Shown one piece after another: positions 18,818 to 29,662 of a DNA stretch of 64,000 nucleotides (position 1 is its first letter; the number at the start of each line of letters is the position of its first letter). The notes below the pieces were generated by a model. That model made no database searches. It saw only the letters and a program-made list of their open reading frames with translations, and was not told the DNA's origin. A program made the translations under genes and the position numbers. The DNA is from Candidatus Bathyarchaeota archaeon (lineage in GTDB: Archaea > Thermoproteota > Bathyarchaeia > Bathyarchaeales > Bathycorpusculaceae). The DNA is taken from NCBI GenBank assembly GCA_963832745.1, contig CAWHVC010000005.1, positions 416,001 to 480,000 on the forward strand. The letters run 5' to 3'.

Positions 18818-21163
18818 TCAAGTTTGGGGTAGCTGGGGTTGTTCAGGATTAAGCGGAATTTTAACGGTCACAGTTGTTCCTTGTCCAAGTGTGCTGTCAA
18901 TCAAGAGCTTGCCGCCGTGAGCTTCCACGATACGTTTGCAGATGGGTATCCCGAAACCCATGCCCTTAGCTTTTGTTGTAAACAAGGGGTTACCCAGCTT
19001 CTGCAACGTTTCTTTAGTCATGCCCTCGCCGGAATCAGTGAAAGCTACAACCCAGTTTTTCCTAGTCTGTTTGCTGATTATTGTTAGGTTTCCTCCTTTT
19101 GGCATAGCATCAAAAGCGTTCTTGAGGATGTTTAAAAAGACGCGAAGCATTTTTGCCGAGTCAAATTTTACTGGAGCATCATTTGAGGCTTGATGGACAA
19201 CTTTGATGTTCTGCGGTACCTGAATTGTTGATAAAGTGTAAGTGAAGAATATTGACGGATTGTTCTCGGTTAAGTCTACCTTGACAGTTCTTGAGTATTC
19301 CAGCAGGTCGTTCACGATTTTGTTTGATTGATCTATGCAGTCATCGATTAAGTCAAGCATTTCCTTGGTTTTAGGGTTAGAATCATTTCTTGTTTTTCCC
19401 TTCAAATAGTATGTTGCAGCTTTCATGCCCGTTAATGGGTTACGCAAGTCATGACCCACCATCGCGGCTAATTCGCCGATGGCTGCGAGCCTTTCCGTTT
19501 TTACCAGTTTTTCTTGTGTTTCTTTAAGCTGCTTTGTTCTCGCCTCAACTAGCCGTTCCAGTTTTGTTGAATGTTGGCTTTCCAGTCGCCTTTTTTCGGT
19601 TACATCTACAGCTAACTCTAACGCAGACATAATCTTGCCGTTTTCATCTTTAATCGGGGTTACAATAAGTTCTGTGCATCTTTGTTCGCCCTTCTTGTTG
19701 ATGAAGTAGTAATCGTGACGATTTACTGATTCGAGGTTATCAAAAATCTTTTGAACACCACAGCCATCACATACGCCTTGTTCATTGTTAAATATTGTAT
19801 AGCAAAGCTGATTTTGGATAGACTCATTCCGTAATCCCCGCATAAGCTTGTTAGCCCATAATATCCGGTAATCTCTACTAATGATGGCAAGGCCTGCATC
19901 AATGTTTTCTGTAATTGTTTCAAGAAGGTCACGTTCCTGTTTTAGGGACTCTTCCATTTTTTTACGGTTAGAAACGTCATGAACGACACCTGCAACGTAT
20001 TTTTTGTCTTTAAGCTGAAGACTAGTTGCTGACAATTCAGCTGGGAAAAAGGTTTTGTCTTTTCTAACAGCGGTAACTTCGAGAGCTTTGTTACTTTTCT
20101 GTTTGTTTTTAGCAAGTTTCTTAAGGCAAAACTTGTGATCTTCCCGGTTTTCGGCTGGAATAACTAAGTCACTTAACCTTTTTCCAATTGCCTCTTGTAT
20201 GGGGTAACCAAACATTTTTTCAGCTGATGGATTCCAATAAACAATTTTATCGTCTTCGTCAACTAAAATTAATGCATCAATCGCTGTTGTGGCTATGGCG
20301 CGGAATTTTTCTTCACTTGCGATTAAATCGTCTTCAAGCTTTTTACGTTCAGAAATATTTTTAGTGTTAACCACAAACCCAATTATTTTCCCGTTTCTAT
20401 TTACTGGGTTTGAATTAATTTCTGCAGGGAACTCTTGGCCAGCTTTATTTGTTAAGGTGTATATTTCTGTTTTAAGAATGCCAGTTTTAATAATTTTTTC
20501 TAAGGCATACTTAACCCGTTTTTGTTCTCTTTCCGGTACGTGCTTGAAAATATTCAGGTTAATTGCTTCGTCTCTAGATGAGTAACCAAAAAGTTTCATG
20601 GCGCCCATATTATAATCTAACAATCGACCATCAGGTGTAATAAATGATATAGCATCAGGCGATGATTCGAAAATAGTCCGCATCTTTTCAGCGCTTTCTT
20701 GGATTTCACGTACTTTTTCGTTAACTAAAGAGGCAAGTCTTTGAGAGTCTTCCTTTAATTTTTGCTCAACAAGTATCCTGTTAGTTATATCTCTAAGAAT
20801 GATTAAAACAGATGATTGATAACCGAAGAAATTAATTTTTTTAGCGTTTAACTCAAAGTATCTTTTCGTATTATCTGCAGATTTTATACTTATCTCGTAC
20901 GGGGGAACTTCAATATCTAAAAGTCTTTTTTCCAGATTTTCTTTTACTAAAGCTAAATCTTCAATCATCAAATTATCAGTTACAAAAGAGCTTTTACCAG
21001 TCCATTCATCATTTCGGTGGCCTGTAACTTTTTCGAATGCATGATTTATCAGCAAATAGTTGCCTTTTTCGTCAATTATTGCTGCTGGGTCGGCGATAAA
21101 GTTTAGCAACAAGAGAAAGTTATCTATTGCATGTTCAGCGTTTGTATCCTGCATGCTTTTCAC
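18818..21163 (-). CDS. Multi-PAS sensor histidine kinase
   Basis: Four PAS-like repeats; MVGHDLRNPL H-box; N, D/G1 (DSGEGM), F and G2 boxes. Confidence 0.92.
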   Translation of the reverse strand: MKSMQDTNAEHAIDNFLLLLNFIADPAAIIDEKGNYLLINHAFEKVTGHRNDEWTGKSSFVTDNLMIEDLALVKENLEKRLLDIEVPPYEISIKSADNTKRYFELNAKKINFFGYQSSVLIILRDITNRILVEQKLKEDSQRLASLVNEKVREIQESAEKMRTIFESSPDAISFITPDGRLLDYNMGAMKLFGYSSRDEAINLNIFKHVPEREQKRVKYALEKIIKTGILKTEIYTLTNKAGQEFPAEINSNPVNRNGKIIGFVVNTKNISERKKLEDDLIASEEKFRAIATTAIDALILVDEDDKIVYWNPSAEKMFGYPIQEAIGKRLSDLVIPAENREDHKFCLKKLAKNKQKSNKALEVTAVRKDKTFFPAELSATSLQLKDKKYVAGVVHDVSNRKKMEESLKQERDLLETITENIDAGLAIISRDYRILWANKLMRGLRNESIQNQLCYTIFNNEQGVCDGCGVQKIFDNLESVNRHDYYFINKKGEQRCTELIVTPIKDENGKIMSALELAVDVTEKRRLESQHSTKLERLVEARTKQLKETQEKLVKTERLAAIGELAAMVGHDLRNPLTGMKAATYYLKGKTRNDSNPKTKEMLDLIDDCIDQSNKIVNDLLEYSRTVKVDLTENNPSIFFTYTLSTIQVPQNIKVVHQASNDAPVKFDSAKMLRVFLNILKNAFDAMPKGGNLTIISKQTRKNWVVAFTDSGEGMTKETLQKLGNPLFTTKAKGMGFGIPICKRIVEAHGGKLLIDSTLGQGTTVTVKIPLNPEQPQLPQT

Positions 21164-21285
21164 CGATATTTACCCAAGGAAGTTCAAGTATGCTAACTCG
21201 GTGATACTAAAAGGGTTTTATGAAAGCATAATACACATTACCAATTTAGTCCGCAAGAGCAGACGGCGGGTTAAAGGTAAGGTTA

Positions 21286-21612
21286 TCAAAGTTTTTTGTA
21301 AACCACATCGCGTTCGCGGGCTTGTTGCGACAGTTTTAACCCGATGCTTTGTCCAGCTTGAGCTCGCGAAATGCTTTTTCGGTCTATCTGTATTGAATCG
21401 ACCGTTTGGTCGAAATCTGTTAATGGCCCCTTGATTGATATTCGGTCTCCCACGGATAAAGGCAGTTTCAAATCGACAACTGCTAAGTTGATTTTTGTGG
21501 AAAAATGCGCTACACTTCCAATTTCAATAACGTCCTCTTCCATTTTTGACCCATCAGCCTCTGGCATATTCCTACAGTTGATTAAGAATAAAAGATTTAC
21601 CACACTTATCAA
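21286..21612 (-). CDS. Translation elongation factor-like beta-barrel protein (peptidase U32 C-terminal-like); true start probably internal
   Basis: IGSVAHFSTKINLAVV...LSVGDRISIKG..TDFDQTVDSIQID...AQAGQSIGLK. Confidence 0.8.
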   Translation of the reverse strand: MISVVNLLFLINCRNMPEADGSKMEEDVIEIGSVAHFSTKINLAVVDLKLPLSVGDRISIKGPLTDFDQTVDSIQIDRKSISRAQAGQSIGLKLSQQARERDVVYKKL

Positions 21613-21750
21613 ACAGGAAAAGGCTTTTTTTAGTTTGATTCAAAAAATTAAACTGTATAACAGTTTCACAAAAAATGTGCAGAAAGATGAAAAACCATAA
21701 CAACCTGGTAAAACGAATGATTTAGCATATGCAGCATATGCTCCAGAAAT

Positions 21751-21940
21751 TTACCAACCTGCTGTCGCGTCGTCTCCTGTTTGTTCCAAGGCTTTCTTGT
21801 CTTCCTCACTTACATCAGGAGGAACATCAACTCGGTGACCTCCTTCCTCAAAGATTTCCCGCTTCTTTTTCTTGCGTTCAATTGTAATTTGCCCTTTCTT
21901 AGTCTCGTCAGATAAACCCGGCACCCCCAGAGAAAGTAAT
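21751..21940 (-). CDS. Small charged hypothetical protein (start uncertain)
   Basis: Coding-like frame ...SDETKKGQITIERKKKKREIFEEGG...DDATAGW. Confidence 0.5.
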
Positions 21941-21965
21941 AACAAAGCAAAAATGGAGGAGGAAC

Positions 21966-22178
21966 TTATTTTTTGAGTGTAACACGCACGGACCATTCAA
22001 GCTTATCAATTAATTCGGAAGCATCTTCGTTAATAGCGTTATTTTTCAGGTAATCAGCAAGTGCATCTTCTACTTTGTTCCAGACGTTCTCAGTATCCAA
22101 CTCCTCCACAAGTGTTCGTCCAACATTTTCGCAGATTTCTGTTCCCTGCCTATCACTAATATTTACGGTTTCCAACAT
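21966..22178 (-). CDS. Hypothetical protein
   Basis: 70-aa ORF preceded by GAGGTGA SD. Confidence 0.7.
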   Translation of the reverse strand: MLETVNISDRQGTEICENVGRTLVEELDTENVWNKVEDALADYLKNNAINEDASELIDKLEWSVRVTLKK

Positions 22179-22264
22179 TTTTCACCTCATCAAATAGCAG
22201 AAAAGCTCCATAATTAATCTGCGTGACTGTAAAGCATCAGCAACAAAATTTTGTTTTTAGCTTG

Positions 22265-22337
22265 ATTTTTAGCCGTTAGGACCTGCACTTCTTAGGTTTA
22301 TGCAATGAGTTTCTAATAGGATCCAAATAGACTGGTG
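22265..22337 (-). repeat. Dispersed intergenic repeat, copy 2
   Basis: Reverse complement CACCAGTCTATTTGGATCCTATTAGAAACTCATTGCATAAACCTA; 34/36 nt identical to the copy-1 core. Confidence 0.8.
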
Positions 22338-22384
22338 ATTTCTCTGCAGATTAGGAAGAGTTGAATAGATGCTTTCTTTGCAGC

Positions 22385-22990
22385 TTATTCGTGGGTTTTA
22401 TTGTTTTTGAGCATTTTTATGCTAATGATGATTACCCAGATGGAGCCGGTTAAGCCTGAAATGGTTTCTGGGATGGCTACGTTGGGAACATAGTGTATGG
22501 TGTAGTAGAGAATCCATGGTGCCGCAGCAACGAAAGAGGCAACCAATGTGAAGACTGCTAATCCAACCTTGCGCCTCAGATACAATGCCGCGGTTATAAC
22601 CCAAAAAGCAATCGGCAAAGTAACAAAAAACAACACTGAAACAATGTAATGTATGGGACGAAAACTTTCGTTAAATATGCCAATCGCCATCAACCAAATG
22701 GTTGCAACTGCAAAAACCATAGCTCCAGCTCTTCCAACATTGGAGCCTTTGAAATAACTAAATAAGCCCATGACGGCAAAAAGGAATCCTAACAAGCCCG
22801 CCGTGAAAAGGCCTGAGTTGAAAACGGGACCAGTTATGCCAGCTACGACGCCTAAATCGCTTAAAGCGTTATTGACCCAGCTAAATTCTGCGTAAGAAAT
22901 AATCGCTATACCAATGCAAGTGAATGCAACTATAGGTACCGCTAAACCGCAGGCTGCACCTATTTTCTTCAAGACTATCTGAGTTGACAT
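22385..22990 (-). CDS. DUF998-family membrane protein
   Basis: FSWVNNALSDLG, FNSGL, IGIFNE..IH..VS..FF, AIPE. Confidence 0.85.
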   Translation of the reverse strand: MSTQIVLKKIGAACGLAVPIVAFTCIGIAIISYAEFSWVNNALSDLGVVAGITGPVFNSGLFTAGLLGFLFAVMGLFSYFKGSNVGRAGAMVFAVATIWLMAIGIFNESFRPIHYIVSVLFFVTLPIAFWVITAALYLRRKVGLAVFTLVASFVAAAPWILYYTIHYVPNVAIPETISGLTGSIWVIIISIKMLKNNKTHE

Positions 22991-23173
22991 GAAGGTTCCT
23001 TGTTTGTGGTATCAGCGTTTAGGGTTTTAAGCGTTTGCGTTTATTCTCAAGCCAAACCTCAACGCACCAGTTTCTTTTTGTATTATTTTATAGATTATTT
23101 TTTCACTTTTTTGTGGTTAATTTTAAATTACGCGATAATAACTTAAAGAGGAATTGAGAGGGGAAAATATTCA

Positions 23174-26100
23174 ATGGCAAAAGAAGCGAATAGCCTACGT
23201 CGGTTTGGAGTCGACCTTGTAGGAGCAATTCCGTGGGGAACCCATCTTTGCCAGTTTTACGTTTCAAAACAGGATTTAATCGATATTTTAGTTCCATATT
23301 TTGCTGAAGGCTTACGAAGTAACGAGTTTTGTATGTGGGTTACTTCTTTGCCGCTTGAGGTTGAAGAAGCAAAAACGGCTCTCAAAGAGCGAGTTCCCGA
23401 TTTAGAAGATTACATCAAAAAAGGGCAAATCGAAATAATCAGTTATGACCACTGGTACTTGATAGATAGCCAGTTTGGTTCAAAGCAAATCTTGCAAAAC
23501 TGGGTAAATAAAGAAAAAACTGCAATCGAACAGGGTTTTGAAGGGTTACGGTTATCTGGAAACACGTTTTGGGTTGAGCATGATTTATGGGAAAGCTTTA
23601 CCGATTACGAACATGACGTCAACTCAGTACTAAAACAGCATAAAATTATTGCGTTGTGCACTTACGGCTTAAACCACTGCACAGGAACAGACGTTTTAGA
23701 TGTTTTACGTAACCACATAGGCACTTTAGTTAAGCATAATGAAAGATGGTTAATGCTTGAAGATGCCTCAAGACGCAAAGCGGTAAACGGTGCCCTAAAA
23801 GTTAGCAAACAAAAATACAGTACATTATTTCAAAACATGGCAAGCGGTTTTGCGTACCACAAAGTAATCTACGACTCTAACGGTAAGCCGATTGATTATG
23901 TTTTTCTTGAAATTAATGATACTTTTGAAAAAATGACAGGGCTTAGACGGGAAAAAATTATAGGCAGACCCGTAACTGATGTTCTTTTGGGAATCCAAAA
24001 TGACCCTGCTGATTGGATAGGAAAATACGGAAATGTAGCTTCCACTGGTTGCACTGCAAAGTTTGAAGACTACAATCAAGCTTTAGACAAATGGTTTTCG
24101 GTTTCAGCTTTTAGTCCAGAAAAAGGCTATTTTATTGCTACATTTGAGGATATTACTAACCACAAAAAAGCTGAAGAAGCGATAAAAGAAAATGAGGCAA
24201 GACTCAAAAAATTAAACCGCACCTTAAGAGCCATTAGCAACAGCAACCAAGCCATCATGCGAGCCACCGATGAAGAATCATTCATGAAGGAAGCTTGTAG
24301 AATTGTAGTTGAAGATTGCGGCTACAAGATGGTTTGGGTAGGCCTTGCATTAGAAGACACAGCAAAAAATGTTAAGCCCGTTGCTTTTTCAGGTTTTGAT
24401 AAAACCTACTTAGATTCTTTAAAGATTACTTGGGCAGACACTGAACGCGGACAAGGCCCCACGGGAAGAGCTGTCCGAACTGGTCAACCCCAGTTTTGTC
24501 AAAGCATGGCAAACGATGTACTATTCAAGCCTTGGCGTGAAGAAGCCCTAAAACGTGGGTACGCCTCATCCGCCGCTTTACCCTTGAAAATAGGCGGCAA
24601 AGTAATTGGCGTATTAACATTATACTCAACAGAACCCACAGTATGCTCCGATGAAGAAATTAAGCTTCTTACCGAGCTGGCAAGTGACTTTTCACAAGGA
24701 ATGAAAATTCTGCGTATCCGCAAAGAAAAAGAACAAGCCGAAATTGATATTCAACGACAAGCGGCGCTTCTTGATTTAAGTCCCGATGCCATTTTTGTCC
24801 GCAAGTTAGATGGCACAATTACTTTCTGGAGCAAAGGCGCGGAAAAGAGCTACGGTTGGACAAAAGAAGAAGCGATAGGGCAAAACTCGCATTCTATCCT
24901 TAAAACCAAATTTCCGCAACCATATGATGAAATAATTGCTCAAGTTAAACATACTGGAAAATGGTCAGGTGAACTTTTACACACTGCCAAAGATGGCAGG
25001 CAATTAACGCTTCAAAGTTTTTGGCAAGCAATATTTGACCTTAACGGGGAAATCGCTGAACTCTTAGAATCTAACTTGGACATTACTGAACGTAAACAGT
25101 TTGAGCAGGCACTTGAAAGAGCCAAAGTCGATTGGGAACGCACTTTTAACAGTGTACCTGACCTGATTGCTATTCTTGATGATAAACATAGGATTGTACG
25201 TGCTAACAAAGCTATGGCGCAAGTGTTAGGAACAGACCCAGAAAACTGTGCTGGACTTAACTGCTTTGAATGTGTACATGGTCAAGACGCTCCTCCCTCG
25301 TTCTGTCCACATACATTGGCAATGATGGATGGACAAGAACACACAGCGGAAGTGCATGAAAAACGACTCGGTGGCGACTTTATCGTTAGTGCTACACCAC
25401 TTAAAGATGAACACGGTCACATACTTGGTTCAGTGCATGTTGCCCGCAACATTACGTTACGTAAACAGATGGAAGATAAGCTTGAAGAATACTCAAAAGA
25501 GCTTGAACATTTAGTTGAGGAACGGACTAAACAGCTTAGGGATTCTGAACGGTTAGCAACTATTGGTGCTACAGCAGGTATGGTTGGGCATGATATTCGT
25601 AATCCTCTGCAGGCTATTGCTAGCAGTTTGTATTTGGCAAAAACTGATTTAGACGCACTTTCAGAGGGTAAAGACAAAGAAGCCATAGTGGAGAGTCTAA
25701 CAGAGATTGAAAAGAACGTTGATTACATTAACAAAATAGTAGTTGACCTTCAAGATTTCGCTAAACCTCTTAAACCCCTTCTTGCGAGCATTGACTTGTC
25801 TATGATTGTTCAAGATGTTATAAAAAGCCGTGTGTTTCCAGAAAACATCATCGTTACTACTTCGGTGGATTCTCAAGCGAACTGTTTTGTCGCTGACGCA
25901 ACATATGTTCGACGTATACTAAGCAACCTTGTAAATAATGCTATGCAAGCAATGTCTAACGGTGGAAACTTAACCATAAGAGCTACCTGTGAAAAAGGTA
26001 ACGTTGTAATTAATGTGCAAGACACGGGCATGGGTATTCCTGAAGAGGCAAAAGGCAAACTATTCACACCCCTGTTTACAACAAAATCAAAGGGTCAAGG

Positions 26101-26215
26101 ATTCGGTTTGGCTGTTGTTAAACGGATGTCTGAAGCGCTGGGAGGCTACGTGTCTTTTGAAAGTCAGGCAGGCAAAGGAACAAACTTCACGGTACGGTTG
26201 CCCATCAAACATTAA
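23174..26215 (+). CDS. MEDS-PAS-GAF-PAS-PAS sensor histidine kinase
   Basis: MEDS (WGTHLCQFY...GLRLSGN), GAF (GQGPTGRAVRTG...PWREEAL.RGY.S), MVGHDIRNPL, DTGMGI, GQGFGL. Confidence 0.92.
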   Translation: MAKEANSLRRFGVDLVGAIPWGTHLCQFYVSKQDLIDILVPYFAEGLRSNEFCMWVTSLPLEVEEAKTALKERVPDLEDYIKKGQIEIISYDHWYLIDSQFGSKQILQNWVNKEKTAIEQGFEGLRLSGNTFWVEHDLWESFTDYEHDVNSVLKQHKIIALCTYGLNHCTGTDVLDVLRNHIGTLVKHNERWLMLEDASRRKAVNGALKVSKQKYSTLFQNMASGFAYHKVIYDSNGKPIDYVFLEINDTFEKMTGLRREKIIGRPVTDVLLGIQNDPADWIGKYGNVASTGCTAKFEDYNQALDKWFSVSAFSPEKGYFIATFEDITNHKKAEEAIKENEARLKKLNRTLRAISNSNQAIMRATDEESFMKEACRIVVEDCGYKMVWVGLALEDTAKNVKPVAFSGFDKTYLDSLKITWADTERGQGPTGRAVRTGQPQFCQSMANDVLFKPWREEALKRGYASSAALPLKIGGKVIGVLTLYSTEPTVCSDEEIKLLTELASDFSQGMKILRIRKEKEQAEIDIQRQAALLDLSPDAIFVRKLDGTITFWSKGAEKSYGWTKEEAIGQNSHSILKTKFPQPYDEIIAQVKHTGKWSGELLHTAKDGRQLTLQSFWQAIFDLNGEIAELLESNLDITERKQFEQALERAKVDWERTFNSVPDLIAILDDKHRIVRANKAMAQVLGTDPENCAGLNCFECVHGQDAPPSFCPHTLAMMDGQEHTAEVHEKRLGGDFIVSATPLKDEHGHILGSVHVARNITLRKQMEDKLEEYSKELEHLVEERTKQLRDSERLATIGATAGMVGHDIRNPLQAIASSLYLAKTDLDALSEGKDKEAIVESLTEIEKNVDYINKIVVDLQDFAKPLKPLLASIDLSMIVQDVIKSRVFPENIIVTTSVDSQANCFVADATYVRRILSNLVNNAMQAMSNGGNLTIRATCEKGNVVINVQDTGMGIPEEAKGKLFTPLFTTKSKGQGFGLAVVKRMSEALGGYVSFESQAGKGTNFTVRLPIKH

Positions 26216-26322
26216 CTGCTCTTTTTTCACGTTACAGTAGCGCTAAGCAACCCATAACAAAAGCGGATGTTACTGGGTCGCTACAGTCACATATTGTTAT
26301 TTTTCCAAACGCAAACAAGTAC

Positions 26323-27333
26323 ATGGAAAATATGCCAGACATAATTACAGTAAAAAATTTGAAAATGACTTACGGCGACGGAACAAAAGCCGTAGACGAT
26401 ATTTCTTTTAACGTTAATCAAGGTGAATTTTTCGGTTTTTTAGGTCCAAACGGCGCTGGAAAAAGCACAACCATCAAAATCTTGACTACTCTTCTAAGAA
26501 AAACTGGGGGCACCGTCTTTATTGCTGGGCATAATCTTGAAATTGGTTCCTCTGAAATTCGAAAAATCATTGGTGTTCAAAGTCAAGATACAACTGTTGA
26601 TGGCGACTTGTCTGGCCGAGAAAACTTGATGCTTCAAGGTCATTTTCAGCAAATGCATGGTGACGCGTTAAAGACGCGTGTTGCTGAGTTGCTTAAACTT
26701 GTAGAGTTGGAGTCGGCTGCTGATAGGCGTGCAAGAAATTATTCGGGTGGCATGAAGAAACGACTGGATTTAGCCACTGCCCTTGTGCATAGGCCTAAAC
26801 TGCTGTTTTTGGATGAACCCACAACGGGGTTGGATCCGCAGTCACGTTTGGCTATTTGGAGTTACCTGCAACGGTTAAACAAGGAGGAGGATACAACCAT
26901 TTTTTTGACAACTCAGTATTTGGAAGAAGCTGACAGGCTTTGTGAACGTTTAGCAATTATTGATTTTGGAAAAATCGTTACCACTGGTTCCCCGGTTGCG
27001 CTCAAACGGGAAATTGGCGCGGATTCGATAAAATTGTCGATTGAAAACTGTGAACGTGATAAGCCCAAAGCCAAAGAATTACTTAATAGTCTTGAAGGCG
27101 TAACCAGCGTGATTGATTCTGGTCCAGAAGAATGCTTAACTGTTTATGCTAAAAACGCTGGACCCTTAGTCGCCGATATAGTACGTGCTTTTGACAGCAG
27201 TAACATTAAGCTTTTGTCAGTGACGTTTTCTTCACCCAGTCTTGATGACGTGTTTCTGCAGCATACGGGCAGAACGATACGTGCTGAAGACCTTGTAAAG
27301 GCGCCAAGCAGAATGCTGGGAGGGCGGCGATAA
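26323..27333 (+). CDS. ABC exporter ATP-binding protein (DrrA-like)
   Basis: GPNGAGKST, YSGGMKKRL, FLDEPTTGLDPQSR, PSLDDVF. Confidence 0.92.
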   Translation: MENMPDIITVKNLKMTYGDGTKAVDDISFNVNQGEFFGFLGPNGAGKSTTIKILTTLLRKTGGTVFIAGHNLEIGSSEIRKIIGVQSQDTTVDGDLSGRENLMLQGHFQQMHGDALKTRVAELLKLVELESAADRRARNYSGGMKKRLDLATALVHRPKLLFLDEPTTGLDPQSRLAIWSYLQRLNKEEDTTIFLTTQYLEEADRLCERLAIIDFGKIVTTGSPVALKREIGADSIKLSIENCERDKPKAKELLNSLEGVTSVIDSGPEECLTVYAKNAGPLVADIVRAFDSSNIKLLSVTFSSPSLDDVFLQHTGRTIRAEDLVKAPSRMLGGRR

Positions 27334-28107
27334 ATGACAATGCTTTCGGATACACGTTACCTGTTTGTTCGGTCACTGAAAAAACTTGTTCGGAACCCTA
27401 TTTTGCTGTTTTTTTCTCTGTTTCAACCCATTATTTTTCTGGTGCTTTTTACGCAGCTTTTTTCGGAACTGGCAAATTTTCCAGGGTTTCTACCGCCGGG
27501 CGTGAGTTATTTAGAGTTTGCAACCGCTGGCATTATTCTTCAGAACGCTTTTGGCAGTTCACTTCAGTCGGGCACTTCCATCGTGTTGGATATTGATTCA
27601 GGTTTCTTGCAGAAAATGCTTGTCACTCCTGTTCAGCGTCCAGCGATTCTGTTAGGCCGCTTAACCAGTGACGCTTTTCGGGTTGTTGTTCAATCAGCCA
27701 TAATTCTGGTTCTTTCTTACCTGCTAGGTGGCTATGTTGTTACAGGCATTGCAGGTGTACTTTTAATCTTTTTTACAATAGCGTTTTTTGGGCTTGCATG
27801 GTCGGGGATTTCATTGGCGATAGGTTTGCGGACGCGTAGTTCTGAAACAGTTTTTGCTATCGGCGGCTTCATAACTTTTCCGTTGCTGTTTTTGAGCACT
27901 GCTTTGGTTCCGTCTGCCTCGTTGCCCAGTTGGATTAATACGATTTCACAGTTTAACCCGATTAGTTACGCGGTTAATGCTATTCGGGCGCTTATGATTA
28001 CGGGGTTTGATTGGCCAACAATTCTTGCTGCTTGGGGAGTAATTGCCTTGATAGCGGTTGTTACGTTGGGGGCAACGTTGTATCAGTTTAGAAAAGTAGT
28101 GCGTTAA
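27334..28107 (+). CDS. ABC-2 exporter permease (DrrB-like)
   Basis: Six TM segments, LVTPV.R..ILLG, NPISYAV. Confidence 0.9.
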   Translation: MTMLSDTRYLFVRSLKKLVRNPILLFFSLFQPIIFLVLFTQLFSELANFPGFLPPGVSYLEFATAGIILQNAFGSSLQSGTSIVLDIDSGFLQKMLVTPVQRPAILLGRLTSDAFRVVVQSAIILVLSYLLGGYVVTGIAGVLLIFFTIAFFGLAWSGISLAIGLRTRSSETVFAIGGFITFPLLFLSTALVPSASLPSWINTISQFNPISYAVNAIRALMITGFDWPTILAAWGVIALIAVVTLGATLYQFRKVVR

Positions 28108-28113
28108 AAAATT

Positions 28114-28698
28114 TTAAACTGTAACGTTTAGGTTCTGTACGGCTAAGTAGATTTCGTTCCAGTTGTAAACTCGTTTAGTCAAGTTTCTTACGTTTAATGT
28201 CCGGTTCCATGGTTGGTCGTAAAGCAGCACGTTCTTGACTTTGTGTGTCCATTCTAAAGCGTCTACAAGTGAGTCTTCGACAATCAAGTCAAGCGGGTCA
28301 ACGTTTGCGCGATATTTTTCGCCGACATTTAGCATGTGGAGTTGCGTGTAAGGTATGCCTTTTTCTTTTAGCCATGATTGTGTAATGTCTCGTAGGTATT
28401 CATAGCGGCCTGTTAAAAGGAGAATGTTGTGTCCTTCGCGGCTGAGTTTTTCAAGGGTTTCTTTTGCGCCAGCGTTAAGTGGTAAATCTTTTTTTAGTGT
28501 TTGGTTTACGAGTTGGTTGCCTTCGTCTTTGGTTATGCCTAAAACAATGTTTAAGTCGAAAGTGTAAATGTCAGTGGTTTTCAGGTTTACGCCGTAGTTT
28601 TCTTTGATGACGTCAAGAAGTGGCTGTGTAAAGTTGGCGATAACGCCGTCTATATCAAAGCCTAAATTCAAATGCACTTTTCCCCTTGTTCGCTTCAA
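28114..28698 (-). CDS. HAD-superfamily 5'(3')-deoxyribonucleotidase (NT5C-like)
   Basis: FDIDGVIA, LTGR, IVEDS, YDQPWN. Confidence 0.8.
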   Translation of the reverse strand: MKRTRGKVHLNLGFDIDGVIANFTQPLLDVIKENYGVNLKTTDIYTFDLNIVLGITKDEGNQLVNQTLKKDLPLNAGAKETLEKLSREGHNILLLTGRYEYLRDITQSWLKEKGIPYTQLHMLNVGEKYRANVDPLDLIVEDSLVDALEWTHKVKNVLLYDQPWNRTLNVRNLTKRVYNWNEIYLAVQNLNVTV

Positions 28699-28796
28699 CT
28701 AGATAGTAACCGTGACTTTAAAGTTAAACTGTAAAACAGTCAACTATTGGATATAGATTTTTTGTTACTTTTGGCCCCAAACGGTTGCTGAATATG

Positions 28797-29417
28797 TTAA
28801 AGCATTCTTAACAAGTCAGCCTTAGTAATAATTCCAATGATTGAACCTTTTTTTGAGACTAGTACAGCAGGATACGTCTGTAAAAGGCTAGTTATCAACG
28901 TTAAGGGTGCATCTTCGTTGATTTGTGGAAAGGCTTCCTCCATGATGTCTCCCGTAGACTTTCTGGAAACTTCTTTAAGGTCTTTGCCTGCAAGAATCTG
29001 CCGCAAAATAGTTTTTTCCGATATGCTGCCTACGGATTGTTTGCCTTCAAACACTGGAACCTGAGAGTAACCGTGCTCTTTCATAAGGTTGACAACTTTG
29101 GATATGGGTTCATGCCGTTGAATACTGACTACGTCGTTTTGGACGATTTTTTCTGCTTGAACCTTATTTTTGAATTCCAGCTTTTCAAGTACCGTAAAGA
29201 TGGTTTTTGCTTTAGTGTATGATGGGTCGATGGCGCCTGCTTCCAGTTTGGCAATTAAGGATTGGCTTACACTCGCCATTTTTGCGAGTTCAGACTGCTT
29301 TAAACCCAGTTGACGTCGACGTTTCGCTATGTCTTCAAGCGGGGGAAACATGGCAAAAATATGAGCTTTAACATTGTTATATCTTTTTTGAGAAATGCGC
29401 AGTAAATTTTTCTGCAA
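28797..29417 (-). CDS. HTH-Xre plus CBS-pair transcriptional regulator (likely start MFPPLE at 29351)
   Basis: QSELAKMASVSQSLIAKLEAG..DPSY; CBS motifs YSQVPV and GIITKADLL. Confidence 0.88.
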   Translation of the reverse strand: MQKNLLRISQKRYNNVKAHIFAMFPPLEDIAKRRRQLGLKQSELAKMASVSQSLIAKLEAGAIDPSYTKAKTIFTVLEKLEFKNKVQAEKIVQNDVVSIQRHEPISKVVNLMKEHGYSQVPVFEGKQSVGSISEKTILRQILAGKDLKEVSRKSTGDIMEEAFPQINEDAPLTLITSLLQTYPAVLVSKKGSIIGIITKADLLRML

Positions 29418-29464
29418 TTGACTTTGAAAGGTTATAGAAGAGCTTAAATGGCAAGTTTGACCGC

Positions 29465-29662
29465 TCAGTACTCAGATATGCCGAAAAAAGCGATTTCTTC
29501 AAACGCGATAGATTTCATTCTGTCGCCCGATGAAATTGCTTCTGAACTTGAAAAAATTTCTAAAAACCCCCAATTGCTGAACATGATTTTTGCAGCGTTG
29601 TAAGCCCAGAGCAGGGTTGTGTAGACCCAGAGTGTCAGGAATAGGGCTTTCTTTTTTCTCAA
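29465..29662 (-). CDS. Small membrane hypothetical protein
   Basis: Basic N-terminus followed by a hydrophobic segment. Confidence 0.4.
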   Translation of the reverse strand: MRKKKALFLTLWVYTTLLWAYNAAKIMFSNWGFLEIFSSSEAISSGDRMKSIAFEEIAFFGISEY

